36,299 nt of DNA, taken from positions 1-36,299 of the forward strand of contig JAFYXQ010000010.1 of NCBI GenBank assembly GCA_017546085.1. The letters are read 5' to 3'. Shown in pieces: positions 26,601-35,829 of this stretch (its first letter is position 1; every line of letters begins with the position of its first letter). Source of the DNA: Alphaproteobacteria bacterium (lineage in GTDB: Bacteria > Pseudomonadota > Alphaproteobacteria > Rs-D84). The position numbers and the translations under genes are program-made. The notes below the pieces were generated by a model. It had not been told where the DNA came from. It did no database searches and saw only the letters and a list, made by a program, of their open reading frames with translations.

Positions 26601-26773
26601 TTTTGTTTCCTTTGTTTAATTGTTAATAAAATGTTGTCCGGACATATAAATGATACTATGGGTCAGAACAGCTTAACAATACGTGTGTTTTCCCAATTTT
26701 ATGTGTACGAAATACGAACTGACGTACCCACTGATAAAAATAAAAACGGGAATAAATCCCGTTTTAATTTTTA

Positions 26774-26875
26774 TGGTCGGGGTGACAAGATTCCCTCGGC
26801 ATGGTTTATGCCTGCGGGGCATTCCTGACGATTTTGCTGTACTACGTTTGCAAAATCTAGTCATTGTCGAACTTG
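26774..26875 (-). repeat. tRNA-Pro 3'-end copy with a 73-nt structured insert in the T-loop
   Basis: Sense strand CAAG-TTCGA-[insert]-GAATCTTGTCACCCCGACCA, compared with intact tRNA CAAGTTCGAATCTTGTCACCCCGACCA. Confidence 0.85.
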
Positions 26876-26919
26876 GTACACATTTTATGTGTACGAAATA
26901 CGAACTGACGTACCCACTG

Positions 26920-26959
26920 ATAAAAACAAAAACGGGAATAAATCCCGTTTTAATTTTTA
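26920..26959 (-). terminator. intrinsic terminator after tRNA-Pro (duplicated at 26734-26773)
   Basis: Minus strand AAAACGGGA-TTTAT-TCCCGTTTT with extended A/T arms. Confidence 0.75.
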
Positions 26960-27036
26960 TGGTCGGGGTGACAAGATTCGAACTTGCGACCCCTTGCACC
27001 CCATGCAAGTACTCTACCAGGCTGAGCTACACCCCG
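26960..27036 (-). tRNA. tRNA-Pro(GGG)
   Basis: CGGGGTG/CACCCCG acceptor stem, CTTGC-AT-GGG-GT-GCAAG anticodon arm, TTCGAAT T-loop, A73, CCA. Confidence 0.97.
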
Positions 27037-27093
27037 ACAATTAGGACAATGATATAATTAACAGATAAAAATTACAAATATTTTTTATGATTT

Positions 27094-27543
27094 TTATTTG
27101 TTTTGCAGTATTTCTGTATGACAGTTTTGTTTTATCGCGTCTGCAATATGGAATTCGCGTGCGTATTGCCGCGCTGATGGTACTGCACAGGGATCGCAAT
27201 CGCGCCGTAATTGTCCAATTCGACATGTGTATGCGACGTCCTGACATATGCCATATATGTGTGTTTTTATTGGTTCGTTCAGATAATCCATCGCGATTTT
27301 CCAATACTTATTTGGTACCATTTTTGGGTCGTATGCCCACATGCGCTCAACTGTGTTTATTGTGCGTTGAATGCATGGGGTTTGACGGATATGATCCGTT
27401 GTTATGTTGTTTGTGGTGTTTTTGTTTGTGTTATGTATCATGACCCATGCGATTATCCCAATACATATAATTGCCGATAAAAATAGCAAGATATAATGGG
27501 CAATGGTAAAAGAATTTGTATTTGTTTTAAATTTCTTTGGCAT
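27094..27543 (-). CDS. hypothetical membrane-anchored Cys-containing protein
   Basis: 149 aa, N-terminal TM segment, six Cys in the soluble part. Confidence 0.75.
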   Translation of the reverse strand: MPKKFKTNTNSFTIAHYILLFLSAIICIGIIAWVMIHNTNKNTTNNITTDHIRQTPCIQRTINTVERMWAYDPKMVPNKYWKIAMDYLNEPIKTHIYGICQDVAYTCRIGQLRRDCDPCAVPSARQYAREFHIADAIKQNCHTEILQNK

Positions 27544-27674
27544 TTATTAGGACCTTTTTTTGATTTTATCATTTTGTGGGATGTGGTTGCTATTGGTGTT
27601 TATTCCCAGAAAATATTGCAAAGTGGATTCTTTTTAGTTATAATAGCGCAGTATTTAAGCCGAAGGGGGTTGCC

Positions 27675-28559
27675 ATGTTCGTAACAGAAAAATTAAAGAC
27701 TTTTTCCTGGATAAATGTCGGCAATCCGGACCACGAAGATTTTGAAAAACTGCAGATTGAATATAAAATTGACGAAGATACAATTTCTGATATTTTAGAT
27801 CCAGATGAACAACCAAGATTGGAAGTAGAAGATGATTATAAGGTTATAATCGTTCGTTTCCCAATTATAAATCGTGAATCTGATACACTGTGGCATACGG
27901 AACCGTTGTCCATCATTATGTCTGCGAATCGGGTTATTACTGTGTGTCGTAAACGCTGTGATTTGTTGGATAGAATTAAAAAAATTGAAAAAACATCACG
28001 TGAAGAATTTATTTTAAATATTATTTATTATATTGCGGAATCATATCTGCGTATGTTAAAGGAATTAAATAAACGTGTGTTGGCTTCAAAACGTGTATTA
28101 CAGGAACGTATTCGCAAAAAAGAATTAATGGATTTATTAGAAGTTGAAAACAGTTATACCTTGTATATGGCTGGGATTAAGGGGAATGTCGCTGTGCTGG
28201 ATAAACTTGAAAAAATGCGTGGTTTTGTAAAATCTGATGACGCCCAGGAATTGGCCGAAGATGCGCGTATTGAATTGTCCCAGGCGACAGAGGTTGTTAC
28301 ATCGTATAGCAAAATGCTGAAATCAATTAAGGAAACATTTGAAAGCATTATTAATATGGATTCGAATACAAATATTAATAGATTGACAATGTGGAATATT
28401 ATTTTGGTTGTACCGACAGTGATTGTTGGATATTACGGAATGAATATAGATTTGCCTTTTGCGGAACATCCACAGACTGCGACAATGATATTTGTATTTA
28501 TAATGGTGTTGCTGTTGGGTTTTGCGCTGTTTGGGTTGATACGCCGCAGAATTATTTGA
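27675..28559 (+). CDS. corA: CorA family magnesium transporter
   Basis: ILDPDEQPRLE, two C-terminal TM segments with YGMN signature. Start set at ATG 27675 after AAGGGGG. Confidence 0.93.
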   Translation: MFVTEKLKTFSWINVGNPDHEDFEKLQIEYKIDEDTISDILDPDEQPRLEVEDDYKVIIVRFPIINRESDTLWHTEPLSIIMSANRVITVCRKRCDLLDRIKKIEKTSREEFILNIIYYIAESYLRMLKELNKRVLASKRVLQERIRKKELMDLLEVENSYTLYMAGIKGNVAVLDKLEKMRGFVKSDDAQELAEDARIELSQATEVVTSYSKMLKSIKETFESIINMDSNTNINRLTMWNIILVVPTVIVGYYGMNIDLPFAEHPQTATMIFVFIMVLLLGFALFGLIRRRII

Positions 28560-28586
28560 AAAAAACGCCAATTGGCGTTTTTTTTT
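28559..28586. terminator. bidirectional intrinsic terminator
   Basis: A-run-CGCC-AATT-GGCG-T-run between convergent corA and pth. Confidence 0.75.
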
Positions 28587-28590
28587 GGGT

Positions 28591-29112
28591 TTAAAATATT
28601 TTTATTTTTTCAATTGCTTTCTTTATTTGTGATGTTTGTTCTGATGTAAATCGACCTAATACCCAATCCGATGGTGATACATGTAATTCAAAATCACGTG
28701 GATGTGAAATGCCAATTCTGATACGGCGGTATTCACGACCAATGTTCGCATCAATAGATTTTATTCCATTGTGGCCCGCACTGCCACCGCCAATTTTTTC
28801 ACGGCAATCACCAACCGAAATATCCATGTCATCATGGATTACAATTACGTTTTCCAATGGTATTTTATAAAATGTCATTAATGCTAATACCGCAATACCA
28901 CTGTTATTCATGAATGTTTGTGGTTTTGCAAATATAATGCGATGGCCATCAATGTCCATGCGTGTCGTTAGTGCGTTTTTTTCAGATTTCCATGTTGCGT
29001 CATCGCCCACAATACTGTCCAGTGCCATAAAGCCAACGTTATGACGTGTGTTTCGGTATTCGTCCCCTGGGTTGCCCAGACCAACGATTAAAAACGGTTT
29101 ATTTTCTTGCAT
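28591..29112 (-). CDS. pth: peptidyl-tRNA hydrolase
   Basis: LIVGLGNPG..Y..TRHNVGF, KPQTFMNNSG, HDDMD, GHNGIKSI. Confidence 0.98.
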   Translation of the reverse strand: MQENKPFLIVGLGNPGDEYRNTRHNVGFMALDSIVGDDATWKSEKNALTTRMDIDGHRIIFAKPQTFMNNSGIAVLALMTFYKIPLENVIVIHDDMDISVGDCREKIGGGSAGHNGIKSIDANIGREYRRIRIGISHPRDFELHVSPSDWVLGRFTSEQTSQIKKAIEKIKIF

Positions 29113-29157
29113 ATACGATACCCTTTTTTTATTATAATACCACAGAAAGGAGAAAAC

Positions 29158-29715
29158 ATGAAAATAAAATCGCTTGGGATGTTGACGGTTGCCACATTGT
29201 TGGTATCGGGTATGAATGCAAACGCAAATGCGTTATTTGATATTTATGCTGGTGGTACATATGGATATGGCGGTTATTCCTTGTTTATGGATGATGATGA
29301 AAAATCTAATTCGTCTTTACAATCATATGGCGCCGTTTTGGGTATGGATATCCCATTCGTTAGGCTTGAATTAGAATACAACTATGTTGATGCAGATGAA
29401 ATGACCTTGAATTTGGGATTAGTAAATGCGTATTTCAAGTTGCCGGTGCCTGTTGTAAAACCGTATATAGGTGCAGGTATTGGTATGACATTTGACAGTA
29501 GATATAAACCTGAAAATATGGCGCGTATTGATATAGAAGACGATACAATCGCATATCAGGGAATGTTGGGTGTAACCTTGGATTTGCCGGTTGTACCATT
29601 TAATATTGATATAGAAGGGCGTGTATTGGTTGTACCGGAATTATATAAAATCGGAAATGAAAATATTGATTTATTTCAATACGAAGGGCGCGCAAAGTTG
29701 CGATTCGTTTTTTAA
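29158..29715 (+). CDS. outer membrane beta-barrel protein (small, OmpA/opacity-like)
   Basis: RBS AAAGGAG, signal peptide ending ANA-N, RLELEY, PYIGAGIG, AYQGMLG, C-terminal LRFVF. Confidence 0.85.
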   Translation: MKIKSLGMLTVATLLVSGMNANANALFDIYAGGTYGYGGYSLFMDDDEKSNSSLQSYGAVLGMDIPFVRLELEYNYVDADEMTLNLGLVNAYFKLPVPVVKPYIGAGIGMTFDSRYKPENMARIDIEDDTIAYQGMLGVTLDLPVVPFNIDIEGRVLVVPELYKIGNENIDLFQYEGRAKLRFVF

Positions 29716-29721
29716 CAATGG

Positions 29722-29747
29722 AATCGGGGGCGATACGCCCCCTGATT
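29722..29747 (+). terminator. GC-rich hairpin, probable terminator or mRNA-stabilising stem
   Basis: AATCGGGGGCG-ATA-CGCCCCCTGATT with a weak U-tract. Confidence 0.5.
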
Positions 29748-29771
29748 TAACAAGAGTAGGATAAAAATCAC

Positions 29772-32546
29772 ATGCTGACATTGATTGATGGTAATTCGTT
29801 ATTATTTCGTGCCTATTATGGGGTGCATAGTCGTTTGACGAGAAAGGATGGAACACCGACAGGGGCAGTGTATGGTTTTATCAATATGATTTTGCCAATA
29901 TTGGCTGCAGCAAAACCTGGCGATTCGTTTGTGTGTGTGTTTGATGCGTCGCGTATCACATTTCGTCAGGATATTTATCCGGAATATAAAATGAACCGTT
30001 CAGAAACACCTGCTGATTTAATTAGTCAGGGGTATTTAGTACGTGAAGGTTTGTCCGCGATGGGGATTCCAGTGTTGTGTGTTCCGGGTGTCGAGGCTGA
30101 TGATGTAATCGCAACGATTGCAGGGGAAAATTGTAATTCTGTGGATGCAACACGTATTATAACCAGTGATAAAGATTTGATGCAGTTGGTGTCTGATTGT
30201 GTGTTTTTATATGATGGTATGAAACAGCGTGAAATTCGGATTCCACAGGTCGTCGAAAAATTTGGTGTAAAACCAAATCAGGTTATAGATGTTCAGGCAT
30301 TGATGGGCGATACGTCTGATAATGTGCCGGGGGTCCCTGGGATTGGACCTAAAAAGGCGGCAGAATTAATCAATCAATTTGGGTCATTGGATAATTTGTA
30401 CAATAATCTTGGCGATGTAAAAAATGAAAGAATTCGGGGATTGTTGCGCGATAATCGCGAAAAAGCATATGTTTCGAAGAAGCTTGTTACCTTGAAATCA
30501 GATGTTGATTTATCGGGGTTGAAAATTAATTCTTTTGTGTTTAATACGGCTGCGGCAATTGAATTTGTGCGTGAAAAACTTGAAAGTCAGTCTATTATTA
30601 CAAAAATAGAACGTTTATTCCCGAAAAATGTCCCAGCAACAGGTGATATGGTATTTGAGTTTCCAAATAATGCGTGTGAAATGCCGGTGGCAATATGTAG
30701 CGATACGCCATCTGAAAATAAGCAAAGGGTTATTAGTTATAAGGTTGTTACAACGGTTGAAGAACTGGATGATTTTTTATCAAATGTTCGGAATGTTATC
30801 GCAATTGATACAGAAACCACAGGTTTAAATTTAATTGTTGATAAAGTTGTCGGTATATCCTTGTCTGTGAATGATAATGCGGGGGTGTATGTGCCAATCA
30901 GACATCGTTCGGGTGTGGCTGATTTGTTTGTGGGGGATAATATTGCGCCGAATCAATTGGATATAGGTACGGTTTATAAAAAATTATGGCCAATATTGGT
31001 TAATCCAAATATTTTGAAAATAGGACATAATTTAAAATACGATTTTCATATTTTGGAAAATGAAGGGTGGGATACAGATAAGATTTGGCCCTATGATGAT
31101 ACGATGTTGTTGTCGTATATATTGTATGGCACAACGCATGGGCATGGCCTTGATGAATTAGCATTGAAATATTTGGGACATAAAAACATAGCCTTTTCAT
31201 CGTTGTTTCCGCCAAAAACGCGTGATGTTGATATGCGGTTTGATGAATTGGCAATCGATGTTGTCGCCCCTTATGCTGTTGAAGATACGGCGATTTGTTT
31301 TGCGTTGTATGATTATATGCATCCTAAATTGATGGCAAATGAGACGTTATATAAATTATATAAAGAATGTGATTTGCCGTTGATGCCGATACTGATGCAT
31401 ATGGAAAGAACGGGGGTGTTGGTTGATAAGGGGCGTTTAAAACAATTATCGACGGTTTTTCATGAAAAAATGCAGACTGTGGGGCGGGAAATTTGGGGGC
31501 TTGCCACGCATGAATTTAATATCGCAAGTCCAAAGCAGTTGGCGACAGTTTTGTTTGATGAACTGAATTTGCCGGCTAATAAAAAGCGTTCCACAGATGC
31601 GGATAGTTTGAATGATTTGATTGATGTCCATCCAATTATTGAAAAGATATTGAATTGGCGTTCTTTATCAAAGTTGGCGGGCACATACGCAGATGCGTTG
31701 CCGCACCAAATTGCATCAGATGGTCGTATTCATACCACTTATTTGCAGACTAGTACAAATACTGGGCGTTTATCAAGTCGTGAGCCTAATTTGCAAAATA
31801 TCCCGATAAAAACGGATTTAGGCGAAGAAATTAGAAAATGTTTTGTCGCACGTGATGGTTATAAATTGATATCTGTGGATTATTCTCAGATTCAATTGCG
31901 TCTGTTGGCAGATATTGCAAATGTCAAAGTGTTCAAGGATACGTTTATCAAAAATGAAGACATTCATGAACAGACAGCACGAAAGATATTTGATATTCCA
32001 TTGACTGAATCTGTGCCGCGTGATGCACGACGTGCCGCTAAAACAGTAAACTTTTCAATTATATATGGAATATCTTCATTTGGCTTGGCATCCCAATTGG
32101 GGGTAAACAGGGCGGATGCGCAGTCGATTATAAATTCATATATGGCAGGGTTGCCGGAAATTCGTGAATACATTGAAAATACAAAGAAATTTGTAATGGA
32201 AAATTCATATGTTTTGACGCCGTGGGGACGTCGCATAGAATTTCCTGATGTTCGTAATCCGCGTGGCCGTGCATATGCAATGCGTGCCGCAGTAAATGCG
32301 CCCATTCAAGGGTTCGAGGCGGATCTGATGCGTCGCGCAATGGTTGAAATTGACGCAAATATCGTTCGACCAAATTCCGATAAAATTTGTATGATTATGC
32401 AGGTTCATGATGAAATAATTTTTGAATGTAAATCTGAATTTGCAGAAATTTTCGCAGAAAAAATAAAGCTTGCGATGGAAAATATAACAAAACTATCAGT
32501 TCCGTTGGTTGCAGAATATGTAATTGATACGCGTTGGGGAAAGTAG
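29772..32546 (+). CDS. polA: DNA polymerase I
   Basis: 5'-3' exonuclease (LIDGNS, EADDVIAT, GDTSDNVPGV), 3'-5' exonuclease (AIDTETTG, HNLKYD), polymerase (DYSQIQLR, RRAAKTVNF, QVHDE). Confidence 0.99.
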   Translation: MLTLIDGNSLLFRAYYGVHSRLTRKDGTPTGAVYGFINMILPILAAAKPGDSFVCVFDASRITFRQDIYPEYKMNRSETPADLISQGYLVREGLSAMGIPVLCVPGVEADDVIATIAGENCNSVDATRIITSDKDLMQLVSDCVFLYDGMKQREIRIPQVVEKFGVKPNQVIDVQALMGDTSDNVPGVPGIGPKKAAELINQFGSLDNLYNNLGDVKNERIRGLLRDNREKAYVSKKLVTLKSDVDLSGLKINSFVFNTAAAIEFVREKLESQSIITKIERLFPKNVPATGDMVFEFPNNACEMPVAICSDTPSENKQRVISYKVVTTVEELDDFLSNVRNVIAIDTETTGLNLIVDKVVGISLSVNDNAGVYVPIRHRSGVADLFVGDNIAPNQLDIGTVYKKLWPILVNPNILKIGHNLKYDFHILENEGWDTDKIWPYDDTMLLSYILYGTTHGHGLDELALKYLGHKNIAFSSLFPPKTRDVDMRFDELAIDVVAPYAVEDTAICFALYDYMHPKLMANETLYKLYKECDLPLMPILMHMERTGVLVDKGRLKQLSTVFHEKMQTVGREIWGLATHEFNIASPKQLATVLFDELNLPANKKRSTDADSLNDLIDVHPIIEKILNWRSLSKLAGTYADALPHQIASDGRIHTTYLQTSTNTGRLSSREPNLQNIPIKTDLGEEIRKCFVARDGYKLISVDYSQIQLRLLADIANVKVFKDTFIKNEDIHEQTARKIFDIPLTESVPRDARRAAKTVNFSIIYGISSFGLASQLGVNRADAQSIINSYMAGLPEIREYIENTKKFVMENSYVLTPWGRRIEFPDVRNPRGRAYAMRAAVNAPIQGFEADLMRRAMVEIDANIVRPNSDKICMIMQVHDEIIFECKSEFAEIFAEKIKLAMENITKLSVPLVAEYVIDTRWGK

Positions 32547-32560
32547 TAATTGATAAATCT

Positions 32561-32645
32561 TGGTGCGACTAGGGGGAATCGAACCCCCACAGGTTACCCT
32601 ACAGCATCCTTAGTGCTGCGCGTCTACCAATTCCGCCATAGTCGC
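32561..32645 (-). tRNA. tRNA-Leu(AAG)
   Basis: Sense: GCGACTA TG GCGGAATTGGTAGACGC G CAGCA-CT-AAG-GA-TGCTG, long variable arm, GGGGG-TTCGATT-CCCCC, TAGTCGC A CCA. Confidence 0.95.
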
Positions 32646-32734
32646 ATGTCGAATTTTTCTTATTCTTGCAATTTGGGATTTGTTTTTCAACCTTTTTTAT
32701 GATATTATTGATATAAAATTAAAGGAAGTTTTTT

Positions 32735-34291
32735 ATGAAGAAAATAACAAAAGTATTAGCGAATTTTTCATTGTTTTTTGTAACGCCTTTTGTTGCGGAT
32801 GCGGCGGGTACGTATTATACAGGTAATTATCAGTCGCCTCAGGCAAGGTATTCACAGCAATCGTATGCCCAACGTACACGTACGACTAATTATTCTGGTA
32901 ATTATTCTAGTCAGGGGGTAAGTGCGTATAATCAGAATCAGTATGCTAATTCTGGGTATGATACAACGAATCGGGTTGGGCAACAGAATAATAATATACA
33001 GCCTGTAAAACAGCAATCTGTAAAGCCACAATCTGGGCGGCAGGGATTTTATTTGGACGCAGGGATTTCACGTCAGATGGCGATGTGGCAGTTTGAAATG
33101 AAAAATGCTGGTTCAATTTTGCATTATGATAATATTGACTGGAGTGTGTTGGATGTTAATGCGGGTTATGTATTTAATGCAGGAAATACCCCGATGCAAA
33201 TTACAGCGGGATTTGAATATGGGGTACAGGCGACGGAATCGACCATGGTGGATGATGATATTACAAATGGTGGTTTTTTGGTCGTCGATTGGAATGAATG
33301 TCTTGAATATGATGACGGGGGTAATTGTATTAAGTCACAGTTGCTCGGTAATCAGGTAGGGCACGCGATGTCAATTGGTACCGCCAAGGATGGTTCGATG
33401 TTTGGTGTAAATGGTGCGTTTGGTTTAACTGACTTTTTTAAATGGGGGAGGGCAAAGATTACGCCGTCGATTGGGTGGCGTTATTTCAAATATAGTCTTG
33501 AAACGCATGCGAACCATGGATTGTCTATTGATACATATGATGGGGTTGGCGGGTGTGTTTCGATAGATGGCGAATTGGAGTGTGATCCATTGCTGATTTT
33601 TTATAATGTTAATGATAAGAATGAAGTAGTTGATGAAAGTATTGCTGTTCGTGTTGATACAAATGGCAACGGTTTGATTGATTTTAATGATGATATTCAG
33701 ATTCCAAATGGATATAAATACGTTGCTGTGGGGAATTCAGTTTACTTTACTCAGGATGCTATTAGTCATAAGTATGATGTTGAATGGTCGGGGCCATATT
33801 TTGCGTTGGATATGTTGTATGATATTAATCAAAATAACAAGGTAAATGCACGTATAGAATTGGGTTTGCCATCATATACTGCAACCGGTGATCAACCATA
33901 TCGTTTTGATTGGGCGCATCCAAAATCGGTTGAGGATAAGGCAGGAATAGGTGATGCAGTTCATCTTGGTTTGGGGGCGACTTGGTCCACTGCAATTACA
34001 GATTCTGTTGCGTTTTCAATTGGTCTAACGTATGATTATTATACCGTTTCTGGTGCAGATGCTAAAACGTATTTTAATGAAGATTATTATATGGGGATTT
34101 ATAATGAATTGTTGGCATTGTATCAGGCCGATGGTTTGGATGAACAATATATGATTGAAAATGATGCGATTGCACAAAATATTCTTCTGCTGAAGCAGGA
34201 TTGTCCTGGTTGGGTTTGTTCTGAGGATGGGGAAATAGAATCCTTCTATAAATCATTGGGGATACGTGTTGGTATAAATGCAAAGTTTTAA
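32735..34291 (+). CDS. hypothetical outer membrane beta-barrel protein with Q/N/Y-rich N-terminus
   Basis: 518 aa. Signal peptide, low-complexity linker, amphipathic strands, C-terminal GIRVGINAKF. Confidence 0.85.
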   Translation: MKKITKVLANFSLFFVTPFVADAAGTYYTGNYQSPQARYSQQSYAQRTRTTNYSGNYSSQGVSAYNQNQYANSGYDTTNRVGQQNNNIQPVKQQSVKPQSGRQGFYLDAGISRQMAMWQFEMKNAGSILHYDNIDWSVLDVNAGYVFNAGNTPMQITAGFEYGVQATESTMVDDDITNGGFLVVDWNECLEYDDGGNCIKSQLLGNQVGHAMSIGTAKDGSMFGVNGAFGLTDFFKWGRAKITPSIGWRYFKYSLETHANHGLSIDTYDGVGGCVSIDGELECDPLLIFYNVNDKNEVVDESIAVRVDTNGNGLIDFNDDIQIPNGYKYVAVGNSVYFTQDAISHKYDVEWSGPYFALDMLYDINQNNKVNARIELGLPSYTATGDQPYRFDWAHPKSVEDKAGIGDAVHLGLGATWSTAITDSVAFSIGLTYDYYTVSGADAKTYFNEDYYMGIYNELLALYQADGLDEQYMIENDAIAQNILLLKQDCPGWVCSEDGEIESFYKSLGIRVGINAKF

Positions 34292-34294
34292 TAA

Positions 34295-34909
34295 ATGTTA
34301 AGAAAAATACAGGTGTTTTTTACTGTTTTGCTGATGTCGGTGTGCGCGCCGACATTTGCTGCAAATTTGTCGGGTGTCGCGTTGGTCAGCATTACAAGTG
34401 ATACTGCTGCAAACGCGAAGAGTATTGCTTTTGATGAGGCGAGACGTCAAATTATTTCAGATTCATTGCGGCAATATGCAGACGTTGCGACCTTGATCGA
34501 TGCACTTAAGAATGCAAAAAATACGGATTTGGCTGTTTTGGTTTCACAATCAAGTATTTCTGGTGAAAAAACATCTGATACAATGTATGCTGCAACGATT
34601 TCGATGACCTTGGATTCCAATGCGGTACAGAATTGGTTGGATGTAAATGGGGTAAAAAATTGGTTGCCTGATGATAGTGTTGTGGATGTTTTTGTTGTGA
34701 TGGTCGATATGAAAAATCCATTGATAGATTGGATTCAGTTGAATCAGATTGCGCGTAATATGGATTTGGATTTAGGAACAAAGTATTTTGTTGGAAATAC
34801 GGTGCATTTGAATTTGCCTAAATCAAAACGCGGTGCGTTTACCATTGCGTTGCGTGATGCGGGATGGCGTTATGCAGATAATGATGGGATTTTAAAAATC
34901 TGGAAATAG
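34295..34909 (+). CDS. exported hypothetical protein
   Basis: 204 aa, signal peptide ending TFA-A, 3 nt after the previous stop. Confidence 0.85.
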   Translation: MLRKIQVFFTVLLMSVCAPTFAANLSGVALVSITSDTAANAKSIAFDEARRQIISDSLRQYADVATLIDALKNAKNTDLAVLVSQSSISGEKTSDTMYAATISMTLDSNAVQNWLDVNGVKNWLPDDSVVDVFVVMVDMKNPLIDWIQLNQIARNMDLDLGTKYFVGNTVHLNLPKSKRGAFTIALRDAGWRYADNDGILKIWK

Positions 34910-34961
34910 TTTTTTTTATCCTTGAATTAATTTTTTGTAAGGGGAAAAAAGGGGGTTGGTT

Positions 34962-35816
34962 TTGAAACGGTTATTTTGTTTTTTATTATTTTCATTGATG
35001 GCTGTTGCTGCACATGCAGGGGAAGATAAATCAGGAACATTGAAGTTGGATGTTCGTCGTATTGGGCTTGAATGGTCCAAAACAGATGTTCAGCATTCTG
35101 CAGAGTATCAAGATTCACCGGTTTCTGCGTTAAAGGCGGATAGTCAGGATTTTATCAAAGGGGTCTTTGATACTGCATTGTTATATGATAAGAATCGTTT
35201 TGAATGGGAAAATTCCTTGTTTATGGAATATGGTGAAACCAAGTTGAAGCCGTATAATAAATCTGCAACGGTCAGTGAAAATGCTGATGATATTATATTA
35301 TCGAGTAATTTGTCTTATGCGTGTTGGGAAACGTCAGGGTTTAAGTTTGGTCCAACGATTCGTGCCGCGTATGATACGGAATTTGTTGCAAATGGGGGGG
35401 CGCCAAGACAGAATCTTGTTCGTGGAAATGCAGGTATTTCATTGTTTGATAATGCAGTTATAAAAACCTTGTATTTGACGGGTGTATATGAATATGATTT
35501 TACATATTCAAATGAAAAAATCAGCAAAGTGGCGGCAGAAATTGGTTGGCGTTTGGAATACGCAATTCGCGAAGGGGTAAAATTATCAACAAATGGTTAT
35601 TATCGTGAATATCTGGGCTATTCGGGGTATGTTGCAACTGATTTGGAACGTGATTTTAGCGCGGTTGTTCGTTTTGATACAAATTTATGGGGTGATTTAA
35701 CAATGGGGCCATATGTTCAGTATCGCTTGGCACGTGCGCGTGGTGTGGATGTTTATGGCAGTAATTTTATTATGGGTATTTCGTTTAATTATATTTCATC
35801 ATTTGGATTGATGTAA
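34962..35816 (+). CDS. putative outer membrane beta-barrel protein
   Basis: TTG start (34962, alternative 34956) after GGGGG. Signal peptide ending AHA-G, aromatic-rich amphipathic strands. Confidence 0.8.
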   Translation: MKRLFCFLLFSLMAVAAHAGEDKSGTLKLDVRRIGLEWSKTDVQHSAEYQDSPVSALKADSQDFIKGVFDTALLYDKNRFEWENSLFMEYGETKLKPYNKSATVSENADDIILSSNLSYACWETSGFKFGPTIRAAYDTEFVANGGAPRQNLVRGNAGISLFDNAVIKTLYLTGVYEYDFTYSNEKISKVAAEIGWRLEYAIREGVKLSTNGYYREYLGYSGYVATDLERDFSAVVRFDTNLWGDLTMGPYVQYRLARARGVDVYGSNFIMGISFNYISSFGLM

Positions 35817-35829
35817 GGTTTGGTTTGTT

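Larger units (their letters stand above)
26696..26979. repeat. 98-bp direct repeat (26696-26793 and 26882-26979, one mismatch) comprising the tRNA-Pro 3' end, its terminator and spacer
   Basis: ATTTTATGTGTACG...GGTCGGGGTGACAAGATTC occurs twice with period 186. Confidence 0.95.

Noticed and set aside
26696-26979. Possible CRISPR array or prophage att pair
   Set aside because: There are only two 98-bp units, no spacer series or cas genes, and no integrase or phage genes in the window.
26673-27057. ORFs 26673..27008 (-) and 26683..27057 (+) with internal peptide repeats
   Set aside because: They overlap tRNA-Pro and its duplicated 3' region, so the repeats simply reflect the DNA duplication.
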